A DNA stretch of 64,000 nt from Pseudomonadota bacterium (GCA_039028935.1 JBCCHD010000002.1:161864-225863), one strand, 5' to 3'. Positions 1-9,564 are shown, counted from the stretch's first letter. Notes: generated by a model not told the origin, from the letters alone. Program-made: numbers and translations.

Positions 1-2
1 AG

Positions 3-401
3 TCGACCGGCACAGTTCTGCTCGCCGAGGATGAGATTAACGTGCGTGCCGTGATGGCACAGGCCATACGCAACTGTGGATACGATGTCACCGAAGCCGC
101 TGATGGCGACGAAGGAAAACAGCTCGCCATTGAAAACACCGACTTTGTTGCGGCGTGTATTGATGGGGTCATGCCGGGTGCACCGTCTTCAGAAATTATC
201 GACGAATTCCTCAAACACCATCCAGGTCGGCCAGTGCTGCTGTGCTCGGGCTATATGTCGTCAGACCTGGCGAATCGCGACCTCGTACGTCCTGGCGTGA
301 CCTATGTCGCTAAACCGTTTAGTCCTTCTCGCCTCGTTGAGGCGCTCGCTAGTGCGATTCACAGTACTCAGGGAATGCCGAAGCAAACGCAGGACGCTTG
401 A
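3..401 (+). CDS. Response-regulator receiver domain, 5'-truncated by the window edge (C-terminus of a hybrid sensor kinase or a stand-alone regulator)
   Basis: The frame is open from nt 3 (STGTVLLAEDEINVRAVMAQ...). Receiver hallmarks are present: LLAEDE, the acceptor-Asp context ACIDGVMPG, and the conserved Lys in YVAKPF. Confidence 0.7.
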   Translation, partial: STGTVLLAEDEINVRAVMAQAIRNCGYDVTEAADGDEGKQLAIENTDFVAACIDGVMPGAPSSEIIDEFLKHHPGRPVLLCSGYMSSDLANRDLVRPGVTYVAKPFSPSRLVEALASAIHSTQGMPKQTQDA

Positions 402-451
402 TGGCGTCGGCGCCTGATGGACGGAGCGAGCCCCAATGCCGATCTAACCTT

Positions 452-901
452 CTAAGGCAAAGTGGTGGTGGCACCAAATGCACCTAATGCGATCAGCGCA
501 ATTAACAAAGCGATCAGGGTCAGCGCGACGCTGTAAGTGTGAAGTCGGTGAAAACGCGCCGCCCCGTCGCTACCTAAATCCCGGGCGGCGTTAATTGCTG
601 GTACGAGCTTCAAGGCAACCGATTGTGCGATGGCGATGCCAACGCCGGCAACAATGAGCAATACCGTAGATCGTCCGGCGCCGTCGAGCACCATTAACAG
701 AATTGCGAACACGCTGATCGTAAGACCGGAGGCAATACCGAATCGGAACAGGCGCGGGAACAGGGCGCGCAAAAAGTCACGGGCACCCTCTGCGCCGAGC
801 GTCTTGAACACGGCTGGCGCAACGATGGCCGATTGGAAAACAATTGCACCGGCTAGAAGTCCGGTGGTAATGGCAATCACGATGAGGCTGATGGTTGTCA
901 T
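452..901 (-). CDS. DUF4149-like integral membrane protein
   Basis: 149 aa with four hydrophobic helices. The motifs FQSAIVAPAVFK and LFPRLFRFG resemble the DUF4149/TMEM205 family. Confidence 0.55.
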   Translation of the reverse strand: MTTISLIVIAITTGLLAGAIVFQSAIVAPAVFKTLGAEGARDFLRALFPRLFRFGIASGLTISVFAILLMVLDGAGRSTVLLIVAGVGIAIAQSVALKLVPAINAARDLGSDGAARFHRLHTYSVALTLIALLIALIALGAFGATTTLP

Positions 902-945
902 AGATCGTATGGGTTCACAAACTCGATGGCGTATTGGACTATTTT

Positions 946-2148
946 TTAGCCGGTCGAATCAACTCTTTTGCGATACTGACTCGGCGTACACAGCATCGCT
1001 GCCCGAAACACTCGATTGAAACTCGCTTTGGAGCCGAAGCCGGACTGGAAGGCAACGTCGAGCAGCGGCCGATCGACATCAGCGAGCAGTTGACGCGCGG
1101 TGTCGATTCGCAGGGTGTTGACGAATTCTGAAAAGTTCTGCTGAAGCCCTTCGTTCAGTGCACGGGAAGCGTAGGAGCGATTAAGTCCCGTGCGTTGTGC
1201 AAGCTCAGCGAGCGAAAAATCACTCTCCAAGAACCACCTTTCCGATTCCACCCGTTCTTTCAGTTGTCGTCCGATGGCTGGCCAGTCTTGCGACCGGTTG
1301 GGGTGCTCCTTGCGTTCTTGGCGTGCTTGCTCATCGACTTCGTCCGTCAGCGGCATCTTGGGAAAAGGCGTGCGACTGCGTGCGAGTGTCTCAAGAAGGA
1401 TTAGCAATACGGCGAGCAGCGATGCGATGATGAGCCAGTAACGACCGCGGTAATTGTAGCTGTCGCTCAACTCCATGATAGTGATGCCGATCCACAGCAC
1501 GCCCACAGCGCCCCACATCCAAATGAAGAGTCGTAGCCAAAGCGGGCGATAGTTGTCGTCGTCGGCGCGCGTGGTCGGAAGCCACGCTGAGTAAGACTGG
1601 TAGAGTCGATGAATGGCCACCGCACAGCCTAACGACAACGTAATTGATAGCACGCGGACAAAGGGCTCAACGTACGGCTGATGGAAACGATCGGTGTAGG
1701 CCCACTTGGCCTGATAGCCGTCAATCAGCGTGAAGGCGCCAAACTGGTACGCCAGGTGCAAGGCGACAGGCAGCAAAAGCCAACGACGCCAGCCTGGGGG
1801 CTGGTCGACGAAGCTGCTGTAGACATAGAGGTAGAGTAGCGGTGCGAAACTCAACGAGGCGTCGACTGGCAAAAACGTGAGGTTTGGCCAAATATCGTAG
1901 GCGCCGGCAAAACCGATGAAGAACGGAATGCACGACGACAGCGTGGCGAGCATCAAGGCCACCAGCCAGCGCACGGCGCGGCGGTCGGCCGCGCCCACCC
2001 AAAGCAGTAAGGCGCTGGCGATAATGGGAAAGAGTACACCGCCCATGAGTGTGCTACGCCAGCCGAAGCTCAGTTGCTCAACCATCGTCATCGCACTCGG
2101 TTGTGCGTCGCCGGCTTGGGCGCCAAGCCACCCGCAGAGATCGAACAT
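946..2148 (-). CDS. AraC-family transcriptional regulator with a multi-pass membrane N-terminal domain
   Basis: The C-terminal AraC HTH reads LAELAQRTGLNRSYASRALNE...FQSGFGSKASFNRVFR. The first ~260 aa are hydrophobic helices. Confidence 0.8.
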   Translation of the reverse strand: MFDLCGWLGAQAGDAQPSAMTMVEQLSFGWRSTLMGGVLFPIIASALLLWVGAADRRAVRWLVALMLATLSSCIPFFIGFAGAYDIWPNLTFLPVDASLSFAPLLYLYVYSSFVDQPPGWRRWLLLPVALHLAYQFGAFTLIDGYQAKWAYTDRFHQPYVEPFVRVLSITLSLGCAVAIHRLYQSYSAWLPTTRADDDNYRPLWLRLFIWMWGAVGVLWIGITIMELSDSYNYRGRYWLIIASLLAVLLILLETLARSRTPFPKMPLTDEVDEQARQERKEHPNRSQDWPAIGRQLKERVESERWFLESDFSLAELAQRTGLNRSYASRALNEGLQQNFSEFVNTLRIDTARQLLADVDRPLLDVAFQSGFGSKASFNRVFRAAMLCTPSQYRKRVDSTG

Positions 2149-2178
2149 CGATCAATACCTGAAAGAACGACCGCATGT

Positions 2179-2865
2179 TTATGACGAAGCAGACTGAATC
2201 ACAAAATCAAACTGGTGATCTGTTCGATACAGCCCTTCGTTGTCAGCGGTGACCGAGAAGTGGCGCCAACCTTGCTGAGCGCTGTGCATGATTAGGGTAT
2301 CCAGATCACCGCGATACCGCACCGTAAGGCGTGCGCGATCGGGATGAACGTCCACAAGCGGTACGGATTCGGCGTCCACCGATTGTTGCGTCATGGTTTC
2401 CACGACAAGCTGAAGTTGTTCCCAAAAGGCCTGGCGGGCATCGCTATGCGGGAGCTCAATCCCCTGAAACGCGCCGAGCGTGTGCGATGCTTCTGTGTCG
2501 GCGTAGGCGGGCGAGAAGGTTCGCGCTTCAATGAGGTTGATACGCTGATTACCCGGGTCGTAAAAGCTGATTTGATTAAACTGGTCGTCGCCAAGATCCG
2601 CGCGCTCAAATTCAATTTCAAGATCCGATAGCGCAGGCACGATACGGACGAGGTTCGGCACCACGTAGGTGAGCGTGGGGGAAGCAAAGTCAGCGCCATG
2701 AAGGCCGGCAAAAAAACGCCCGTCGCCCATCACACCGTACGGATGTGGCACCGACTCATTCACCGGATATTCCTCAAAACCAAGATCGGAAAAGCGGCCC
2801 ATGTCGCGCAAAATATCGGTGGTGCATAGACTGAGCTCAAGCAGTGGCGTCATGTCGCGGATCAA
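2179..2865 (-). CDS. Hypothetical protein, possibly with a VOC/glyoxalase-like fold
   Basis: This 228-aa ORF fills the gap between its neighbours. The N-terminus LLELSLCTTDILRDMGRFSDLGFEE resembles VOC beta-alpha-beta-beta-beta modules. The family assignment is weak. Confidence 0.5.
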   Translation of the reverse strand: MIRDMTPLLELSLCTTDILRDMGRFSDLGFEEYPVNESVPHPYGVMGDGRFFAGLHGADFASPTLTYVVPNLVRIVPALSDLEIEFERADLGDDQFNQISFYDPGNQRINLIEARTFSPAYADTEASHTLGAFQGIELPHSDARQAFWEQLQLVVETMTQQSVDAESVPLVDVHPDRARLTVRYRGDLDTLIMHSAQQGWRHFSVTADNEGLYRTDHQFDFVIQSASS

Positions 2866-2938
2866 CTCGAGTTAAAAGAGTGCGGGTAGCGCGCACCGGC
2901 GAGCGTAGGTCATGACCAAGAACTCGCAATCCATGTCA

Positions 2939-4042
2939 CTACACCGGCGAGTCGAGCGCTTTGGCGCGGCGATTCGATGCCTCACGTTCCGTTTCGCTGT
3001 TGAGCGCGTCTATATTCGACGCCCAGGGCTCGAGGTTCTCAAGGATGAGATGGGTGAGGAAATCCAAATGCGCATCGGCGTCATTCAGACACGGAATGTA
3101 ACGCAGCTCATCGCCCCCGTGTTCCTTGAAAAGGTCGCCATACTCCACCACCATTTCTTCGAGTGTTTCCAGGCAGTCGGCGGAGAAGCCTGGACACAGC
3201 GAATCGATTTTTTGAAGCCCTTCTTTGGCCCATTGTTCAACGGTATCGCCGGTGTACGGACGCAGCCATTCCTCACGACCCAAGCGCGATTGAAATGCGA
3301 CAGCCCATTGGGTGTCATCAAGCTGCAGTTCGGCCGCCAGCAAACGTGCGGTTTTGTGGCACTGACAATGATACGGATCGCCGTTGGTGAGATAGCGCTT
3401 TGGAATGCCGTGAAACGACAGCAGCAGGCGTTCGCCTTGGCCGTGCTCGGCCCAGTAGTCTCGCACCGAGCGAGCCAACGCCTGAATGTAGCCCGGATGA
3501 TCGTGATACTGATTGATCATGCGCAACTCCGGGATCCAGCGTTTGTGGGTGAACACCGCCGCTACCGCATCAAACGTAGAGGCACTGGTGACCGCGGAGT
3601 ATTGAGGATAGAGCGGCAGCACAAGTAGCTGCCGCACGTTTTGTTGATTGAGGCGCGCCAACGCGTCGGGCACCGACGGGTTGCCGTAGCGCATGGCCAG
3701 ATCGACGGCGACATGATCACCAAAGCGGCGCTGCAGGCGTTCGGCCACACCGCGCATCTGGTCTTTGGATATTCGGATAAGCGGCGAGCCCTCCTTCTCC
3801 CACACCGTTTGGTAGGCGGCCGCACTGCGGCGGGGGCGGATACGCAAGATCACACCATGCAAAATAATGCGCCAGAGCAAGCGTGGCACCTCCACCACGC
3901 GTGGGTCCATCAGAAATTCGGCGAGGTAGCGTCGCACCGACGCGGTGGTGGCTTCGTCCGGACTGCCGAGATTGGCTAGCAGCACACCAATTCGCGTGTG
4001 CTGTCCGTGTCGAAAGTCGGGCTCACCGGAATACTTTGGCAT
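2939..4042 (-). CDS. hemH: Ferrochelatase
   Basis: Family signatures are RIGVLLANLGSPDEATTASVRRYLAEFLMDPRVVEVP, LPLYPQYSAVTSAS and SFHGIPKRY. I chose the internal ATG (MPKYSGEP); the ORF extends to 4093. Confidence 0.9.
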   Translation of the reverse strand: MPKYSGEPDFRHGQHTRIGVLLANLGSPDEATTASVRRYLAEFLMDPRVVEVPRLLWRIILHGVILRIRPRRSAAAYQTVWEKEGSPLIRISKDQMRGVAERLQRRFGDHVAVDLAMRYGNPSVPDALARLNQQNVRQLLVLPLYPQYSAVTSASTFDAVAAVFTHKRWIPELRMINQYHDHPGYIQALARSVRDYWAEHGQGERLLLSFHGIPKRYLTNGDPYHCQCHKTARLLAAELQLDDTQWAVAFQSRLGREEWLRPYTGDTVEQWAKEGLQKIDSLCPGFSADCLETLEEMVVEYGDLFKEHGGDELRYIPCLNDADAHLDFLTHLILENLEPWASNIDALNSETEREASNRRAKALDSPV

Positions 4043-4360
4043 GAGAGCGTGGCCGTGGTGGTAACGGGTCAGGTGCGCCAAGTCTACCAACAAACCGTCG
4101 CTTGGGCGTGATTTGAAGCGACTGCAATGATCGAATCATTCTGCGCTGTGCGAGACTCAGTGAGAGGCGCTCGCGACAGGTTGCGTGAGTGTAAGAAGCG
4201 CGAGCGGGTGGGGTGTTCGCAACGGATGGTCGTCAGGTGAACTCACGCGCACGGCGATTACGTGTGCGATGAGGGCCGAACGCAGCGATGGCCCATTCGC
4301 CAAGAGATCGTTCTGCGCCTCAACGTCTGGCGACAACCACGCCCCAACCCTCCGCGATGC

Positions 4361-5116
4361 TCAGGCGGATAGTGTCGGCATGGCATCAAACCGCGCGCGA
4401 TCGAAGATGCAGTGGTCGTCAGGGCCGGTGGCTAGCGCGCGCGAAAAATGCGCCTCGAGAGGGCTGAGATAGAAATACCATGTTTGGCGATCAATGGGTT
4501 GAGTGCCTTGAAACGCGGCAGGCGATAGCAATGCGTAGTTTACCCCAGCGTTGGGCGCTCGAACCGACGCATAGGCGATGAGCTCAACGCGCGCCTCACG
4601 CGCCACATCCCCGAGTGCTTGGGTGTCTTGATAGTGTGTGAGACTCATCCATTTTTCGCGATCGCGATTCAGCGGCGGTTGTCGAAGATCAATATGCCGA
4701 GCCGTGTCAAACGCGATGGTGAACGCGGTGAGCTGGGCGCGCGGGCGGGGCAACATGTCGGACTCGGTGCCGTTGAAAAAGCGAATACGATAAAACGCGG
4801 TTTCAGCCAGTGCGGTGGGCAGGGCTTTGGACGCGTAAAAAACCCCGTCACGACTGCCCGCACGCCGAAAGCGCGACCCATAGCGATTGACCGGCAAATA
4901 GCGAAAGGGTGTTTTTAATAAGTAATCAAAGTGCGCCACCGCTTGGGGGTATTGTGGTTTTGACTGCTCGAGTATGTCTTCGAGCAGCATCTGCTCGTGC
5001 TGCGTGTCGACGAGTTTGCGTGTCGCGTGTGTGTGCTGATGTTCCACCACTCGCCAGGCCTTGCCAGCGAGCGGTGCAACGTCAGACTCGAGCGCGGAAG
5101 GCGTCCACGTAGGCAA
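4361..5116 (-). CDS. RES-domain toxin (NAD+-targeting RES family, MbcT/ParT-like)
   Basis: The RES-type block YGSRFRRAGSRDGVFYASKALPTALAETAFY and a near-N-terminal AWRVVEHQ are present, directly downstream of an Xre/DUF2384 antitoxin. The start is uncertain. I chose the TTG at 5116, which overlaps the antitoxin end by ~35 nt; the ORF extends to 5236. Confidence 0.8.
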   Translation of the reverse strand: MPTWTPSALESDVAPLAGKAWRVVEHQHTHATRKLVDTQHEQMLLEDILEQSKPQYPQAVAHFDYLLKTPFRYLPVNRYGSRFRRAGSRDGVFYASKALPTALAETAFYRIRFFNGTESDMLPRPRAQLTAFTIAFDTARHIDLRQPPLNRDREKWMSLTHYQDTQALGDVAREARVELIAYASVRAPNAGVNYALLSPAAFQGTQPIDRQTWYFYLSPLEAHFSRALATGPDDHCIFDRARFDAMPTLSA

Positions 5117-5459
5117 CGCAGTCGACCAATCCGGTGATGTGATGGATGAGCTGGTCAGGTTGACCGTCCAGGTCGTGATTGTGATGGGTGAGCCAGCCGC
5201 GCATGGCGGCCTCATCGCCGGCCATGATCGCGTCAAGACCGCGATAAAGTCGCACGAGCAGTGTGGCTAACTCCCACTCTTTGCTGTCGGTGCCCAGCAA
5301 AAACTGACCGCCGGCCATGCGCGTGACCGAGGCTGGGCTAATGCCGAGCACCCGTGCGAGCGCGGTTTTGCTCAAACCCATGAGCTGCTGGGCATTCAGC
5401 ACGGCTTTGGTGAGCACCACCCGGTAGTCGTGACTCGATAGTTGCGGTGATTTGTCCAT
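5082..5459 (-). CDS. Xre-type HTH antitoxin with a C-terminal DUF2384 toxin-binding domain (MbcA/ParS-like)
   Basis: The HTH reads GLSKTALARVLGISPASVTRM. The C-terminal WLTHHNHDLDGQPDQLIHHITGLVDCVAYVDAF is typical of DUF2384. The gene is upstream of and overlaps the RES gene. Confidence 0.8.
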   Translation of the reverse strand: MDKSPQLSSHDYRVVLTKAVLNAQQLMGLSKTALARVLGISPASVTRMAGGQFLLGTDSKEWELATLLVRLYRGLDAIMAGDEAAMRGWLTHHNHDLDGQPDQLIHHITGLVDCVAYVDAFRARV

Positions 5460-5970
5460 GGCTGTACTTTACCACAAGAAAGAAAATTAATAAAAATTTC
5501 ATGAGAAAAAGAGAAATTGCGCAACCATGCCAAGAGACCTTCATCCTTTGACGGCCGCGTATTCTTGCAATTGATTGTTTAGATGGGAGTTTACAAAGCC
5601 TAACATTCCATTTATGGGCCGTTGTGATGCACTGCGATACATTAACGGTGCTTCAGCCGGCTCTTCGATTTCTTGGTGGATTGTGGGCCGCGCCGGACTG
5701 ACCAGTAGCCTGACGGTTGGTCAGACGGCTTGCTGAACGCCCTCTAAGAGCCGGCGAAGGTTGTCTGGTTTTAGGCGATTGCAAAAAAATAAAACGAATA
5801 GTGACCAACGGGTAAAGCGGAGTATCGCTTTGCCCGTTTTGCTTTTGCGATGACGTTCGCGCTATCACCACTGATTCACTCCCTTGGCGTACACTTCGCT
5901 TCGACGCGCTAAACACCAGCCCGCCGAATTCTCCAGTCGCTTTTATGCGACGCGAACACAGTGATACGCC

Positions 5971-7404
5971 ATGCCCACTACGCTCATTTGGTATCGACAA
6001 GATCTGCGGCTTTGTGACCATCGTCCACTCACCCGTGCGTTAGAGGCAGGGCATGAGGTGGTGTGCTGCTACGTGTATGACCAACACACGCCGGGTAGGC
6101 ATCGAATCGGAGGCGCAAGCCGCTGGTGGCTACATCACGCTTTAGTGGATCTTGATGCACAGCTTCGTCAGCGCGGCGGGCGTCTCATTTTACGAGCGGG
6201 TCGTTATGCCGACGTCCTGCCGACACTGGTTAAAGAAAGCGACGCGAGTGCGCTGTACTTTAGTCGTCACTATGAGCCGTTTATGGCCGACGTGGAAACG
6301 CAGCTCCATGCGGACTTGACTGCGGATGGTATTACCGTGCGTCGTTTTGCAGGCAACATACTGTTTGACCCCAATCAGTTGCGTACCAAAGGCGGTACCC
6401 CGTTTAAAGTGTTCACCCCGTTTTGGCGTAATTGTCTTGCGCAAACACCACCGTCTCCGCCGTTGGCCGCGCCGGAGACGATTCGGTTTGCGTCGTCGCA
6501 ACCCACCAGCGATTCAGTCGACGACTGGGCGCTACTACCGACTCAACCCAATTGGGCAGGCGAAATGCAGGCCACATGGACGCCGACCGAAGAGGCCGCA
6601 CACCAGTCGCTTGAGCAGTTTCTCGAAAACGATGTTGAGCGCTACAACGACGCGCGTAATTTACCCTCGAAAAAAGGTACATCACGGCTGTCGCCGTATT
6701 TGCACTATGGCCAGATCAGTCCGGCGCAGGTGTGGCATGCCACCACCACGCATGTCGCGCACCGGCGCGGGCCGAGCAAAGGGGCCGACACCTACCTGTC
6801 GGAAATCGGCTGGCGCGAGTTTTCGTATCACCTGTTGACGCAATTTCCCGAGCTGCCTACCAAACCGTTTCGGGAAAACTTCGAGCGTTTTCCGTGGAAG
6901 AAAAACGCCAAACGGCTGCGGGCGTGGCAAACCGGTCAAACCGGGTTTCCGATTGTCGATGCGGGTATGCGCGAACTCTGGGCCACCGGTTGGATGCACA
7001 ATCGCGTGCGTATGATCGTAGGATCGTTTTTGGTCAAAGATTTGCTCATACCGTGGCAGCAAGGCGCCGCGTGGTTCTGGGACACACTTGTCGATGCGGA
7101 TCTGGCGGCGAATTCTGCGAGCTGGCAGTGGGTGGCTGGCTGCGGAGCCGATGCCGCACCGTATTTTCGAATTTTTAACCCCATCTTGCAGGGCGAGAAG
7201 TTCGACAAAGATGGCGACTACGTGCGCCGCTGGGTGCCGGAGCTCGCCGACTTGCCGAACAAATGGCTACACAATCCCGCCGAAGCGCCAGCGAATGTGT
7301 TGGCAAGTGCGAACGTGACGCTAGGTAAAACCTATCCCAAACCACTCATCGATCGAAAGGCTGCGCGTCAAATAGCGCTCGATGCGTTCGCGCAAATCAA
7401 GTGA
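5971..7404 (+). CDS. phrB: Deoxyribodipyrimidine photolyase (class I CPD photolyase)
   Basis: The N-terminus is LIWYRQDLRLCDHRPL. The FAD-binding C-terminal block is TGFPIVDAGMRELWATGWMHNRVRMIVGSFLVKDL...WQWVAGCGADAAPYFRIFNP. Confidence 0.92.
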   Translation: MPTTLIWYRQDLRLCDHRPLTRALEAGHEVVCCYVYDQHTPGRHRIGGASRWWLHHALVDLDAQLRQRGGRLILRAGRYADVLPTLVKESDASALYFSRHYEPFMADVETQLHADLTADGITVRRFAGNILFDPNQLRTKGGTPFKVFTPFWRNCLAQTPPSPPLAAPETIRFASSQPTSDSVDDWALLPTQPNWAGEMQATWTPTEEAAHQSLEQFLENDVERYNDARNLPSKKGTSRLSPYLHYGQISPAQVWHATTTHVAHRRGPSKGADTYLSEIGWREFSYHLLTQFPELPTKPFRENFERFPWKKNAKRLRAWQTGQTGFPIVDAGMRELWATGWMHNRVRMIVGSFLVKDLLIPWQQGAAWFWDTLVDADLAANSASWQWVAGCGADAAPYFRIFNPILQGEKFDKDGDYVRRWVPELADLPNKWLHNPAEAPANVLASANVTLGKTYPKPLIDRKAARQIALDAFAQIK

Positions 7405-7432
7405 CGCAAACCGACGCGATCACCTAAAAGAA

Positions 7433-7476
7433 CGCCCCCACGCGCACCGTTTCCTGTGCTCGTGCGGGCGTTTTTT
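7433..7476 (+). terminator. Rho-independent terminator after phrB
   Basis: An imperfect 15-bp GC-rich stem (cgcccccacgcgcac / gtgctcgtgcgggcg) is followed by TTTTTT. Confidence 0.6.
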
Positions 7477-7489
7477 ATCGGGGTGTTGG

Positions 7490-9211
7490 CTAAGCCTTAC
7501 CGTCGATGATGTCATCAATGCTCGGAGCCGGCGTACCTTTACCCGGTTCGGCCTGCCCCGCTTTCACGCGTTTGAAATAGTTGTGATACGCCCGCATCGC
7601 CTGGCGGCCAAAGATGAGCATGATCGGAATGTTGGCAAGCACCGCCACCCCTGTGCCGAAGCTCGTGAGGTTATCAAGTGCCCGATCAGTTTCGATCAGT
7701 CCGAGAGTGGCCACCACAATAAGCAGGCAGAAAACGAACTTATAGGCGAGCACGGATTTTTCACCCAGCAAGTACACAATGCACTGCTCGCCGTAGTAGC
7801 TCCACGAAATCATGGTCGAGATCGCGAACATCAGCGAGGCAATAGTCACCAGCCATTTGCCCAGTCCATTGGCGGCCGAATCGAATGCCCGCGCGGTGAG
7901 CGTCGCGCCACCGAGTGACGCATAGACCTCGGCCTTTTCGAGGCTCGGCGTGGTACGCGATTCGATCGTACTCCAATCGATGTACTTCTCACCGTTCTTG
8001 TCCACAACCTGACCAAATAGCTGATGCAGGTTGTTGCCGCGCCGCTCGTCTTCGTCACCGGCCACAATCATGAACACCGATTGCCCCACCTGCCAGTCAC
8101 TGGATTGCGAGACTGGAGCCGGCGTGTCATCAATCGAAAACTGACTCGCGCCAACGGGCACAATCGCAGGCGCGGTGTCGTAGACGCCTTCTGCGCCACG
8201 ATTCCAAACACCAGTGCTGAGGATGATCAGGGCGGTAAAGGTACAGACGACGATGGTGTCGATAAACGGTTCGAGTCCCGCCACCAGCCCTTCGCGTACC
8301 GGCTCATCGGTTTTGGCTGCGGAGTGAATGACCGGCGAACTCCCCTGACCCGCTTCATTGGAAAAGATGGCGCGTTTCATACCAAACAGTAGCGCTGAGG
8401 CCATGGTGCCACCCACAAACGCGCCGGTGGCTTCAGTGGGATTAAACGCGGAATAGAAGATCAGTCGAAACACATCCGGAATTGCTCCGGCGTTTTTAAT
8501 GAGCACAAACGTGCCGGCCAGCAGGTAAAGCGCGACCATGATTGGCACAAGAAACCCTGCCACTTTCCCGATGCGGCTGATGCCGCCAATAATCACCAGA
8601 CCCACCAAGGTGGCCATGACCACGCCTGTGATCCAACCTGGGATTCCAAAATACGTTTCGTTGAGCTCGGCGACATTCCACGCTTGAAACATGTTGCCGC
8701 CGGTGATGGTGGAGATGAGCAGCATGATGCAGAACACGCCGCCGATCAGCGAACCCAACCAGGCGAGATTGGGGTAGGCGCGCTTAATCCCTTTCGAGGC
8801 CACCCACATCGGGCCGCCGTGCGGGTTTTCGGGATCGTCAGTGTTGCGATAGAGCATCGACTGCGTCACTTCGGTGAGTTTGATCGCCATGCCCAAAAAA
8901 CCGATCACCCACATCCAAAACACGGCACCTGGACCGCCAAGGCTGATGGCCAAGGCGACGCCACCGATGTTGCCAAGGCCTACGGTGGCCGAGAGGGCCC
9001 CCGACAGCGCCTGGAAGTGGTTGATCGCGCCCGGATCGTTGGGGTCGTCGTAGGCCCCGCGAATCACCTTGGTACCGTGGGTCAGCGCCCGAAACTGACC
9101 AAAAAAGGACCAAACAGTGAACAGCACGCCCACGCCCACCATGAGGTAGAGCATATTGTTGTGCCAAAGATAGGAGTTCGCTGTTTCCAGGAACGAATTG
9201 AATGCTTCCAT
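7490..9211 (-). CDS. Alanine/glycine:cation symporter (AGCS family) with an ~95-aa extra loop domain
   Basis: AGCS signatures include FRALTHGTKVIRG, HFQALSGALSATVGLGNIGGVALAI, FSNEAGQGSSP and ISWSYYGEQ. I chose the ATG at 9211 (MEAFNSF), which is preceded by gaaaggg. The ORF extends to a GTG at 9256. Confidence 0.9.
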   Translation of the reverse strand: MEAFNSFLETANSYLWHNNMLYLMVGVGVLFTVWSFFGQFRALTHGTKVIRGAYDDPNDPGAINHFQALSGALSATVGLGNIGGVALAISLGGPGAVFWMWVIGFLGMAIKLTEVTQSMLYRNTDDPENPHGGPMWVASKGIKRAYPNLAWLGSLIGGVFCIMLLISTITGGNMFQAWNVAELNETYFGIPGWITGVVMATLVGLVIIGGISRIGKVAGFLVPIMVALYLLAGTFVLIKNAGAIPDVFRLIFYSAFNPTEATGAFVGGTMASALLFGMKRAIFSNEAGQGSSPVIHSAAKTDEPVREGLVAGLEPFIDTIVVCTFTALIILSTGVWNRGAEGVYDTAPAIVPVGASQFSIDDTPAPVSQSSDWQVGQSVFMIVAGDEDERRGNNLHQLFGQVVDKNGEKYIDWSTIESRTTPSLEKAEVYASLGGATLTARAFDSAANGLGKWLVTIASLMFAISTMISWSYYGEQCIVYLLGEKSVLAYKFVFCLLIVVATLGLIETDRALDNLTSFGTGVAVLANIPIMLIFGRQAMRAYHNYFKRVKAGQAEPGKGTPAPSIDDIIDGKA

Positions 9212-9564
9212 TGTGGCCCTTTCGATTGAGGTGTCAGCAAGGTTTTGATTTTGCACACATCATGCGGGTTTGTGCTGGAGGAGGCAAGCGACGAGTCTAA
9301 GCATTATGCTGACGCGTTGCACAATAACGGGGTGGTCAGTCGTCCCTTAAAACGCACCCGACCGCGCATCGCTGACCCGGTTTGTGCCATTCATAAAGTG
9401 CCTTGGCACCGCCTAGGGCCATCGGAATGTGTTCATCGAGCGTCCACTCGGCGAAAACGCTGCGCGTCGATCTGTCGGTGGCGCGTGGCCGCGATTGACC
9501 CCGGATGACATGGGCACGGCCTTTGCCATCAGAGGAGGGTTTCGGCACGGAGCGCCGGGCAGAA

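Noticed and set aside
5650-5960. Possible tmRNA or tRNA-like gene, suggested by a tggtgga motif and a structured region on the minus strand
   Set aside because: The 5' GGGGCTGA acceptor half and the GGTTCGA-type T-loop are absent. No ANDENYALAA-like tag reading frame ending in LAA-stop is present either. The region also does not resemble RNase P, 6S or SRP RNA consensus stretches that I can recall.
5653-6021. 122-aa minus-strand ORF in the hemH-phrB gap, overlapping the phrB start
   Set aside because: Its Arg/Ser/Gly-rich composition does not look protein-like. It has no RBS and overlaps the well-supported phrB start. I treat it as non-coding.
9212-9564. Possible glycine riboswitch upstream of the alanine/glycine symporter
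   Set aside because: I read the minus-strand leader in full. The conserved GGAGAG...CACCGAAGGGGCAA and CTCAGGCAAAAGGAC cores are not present.
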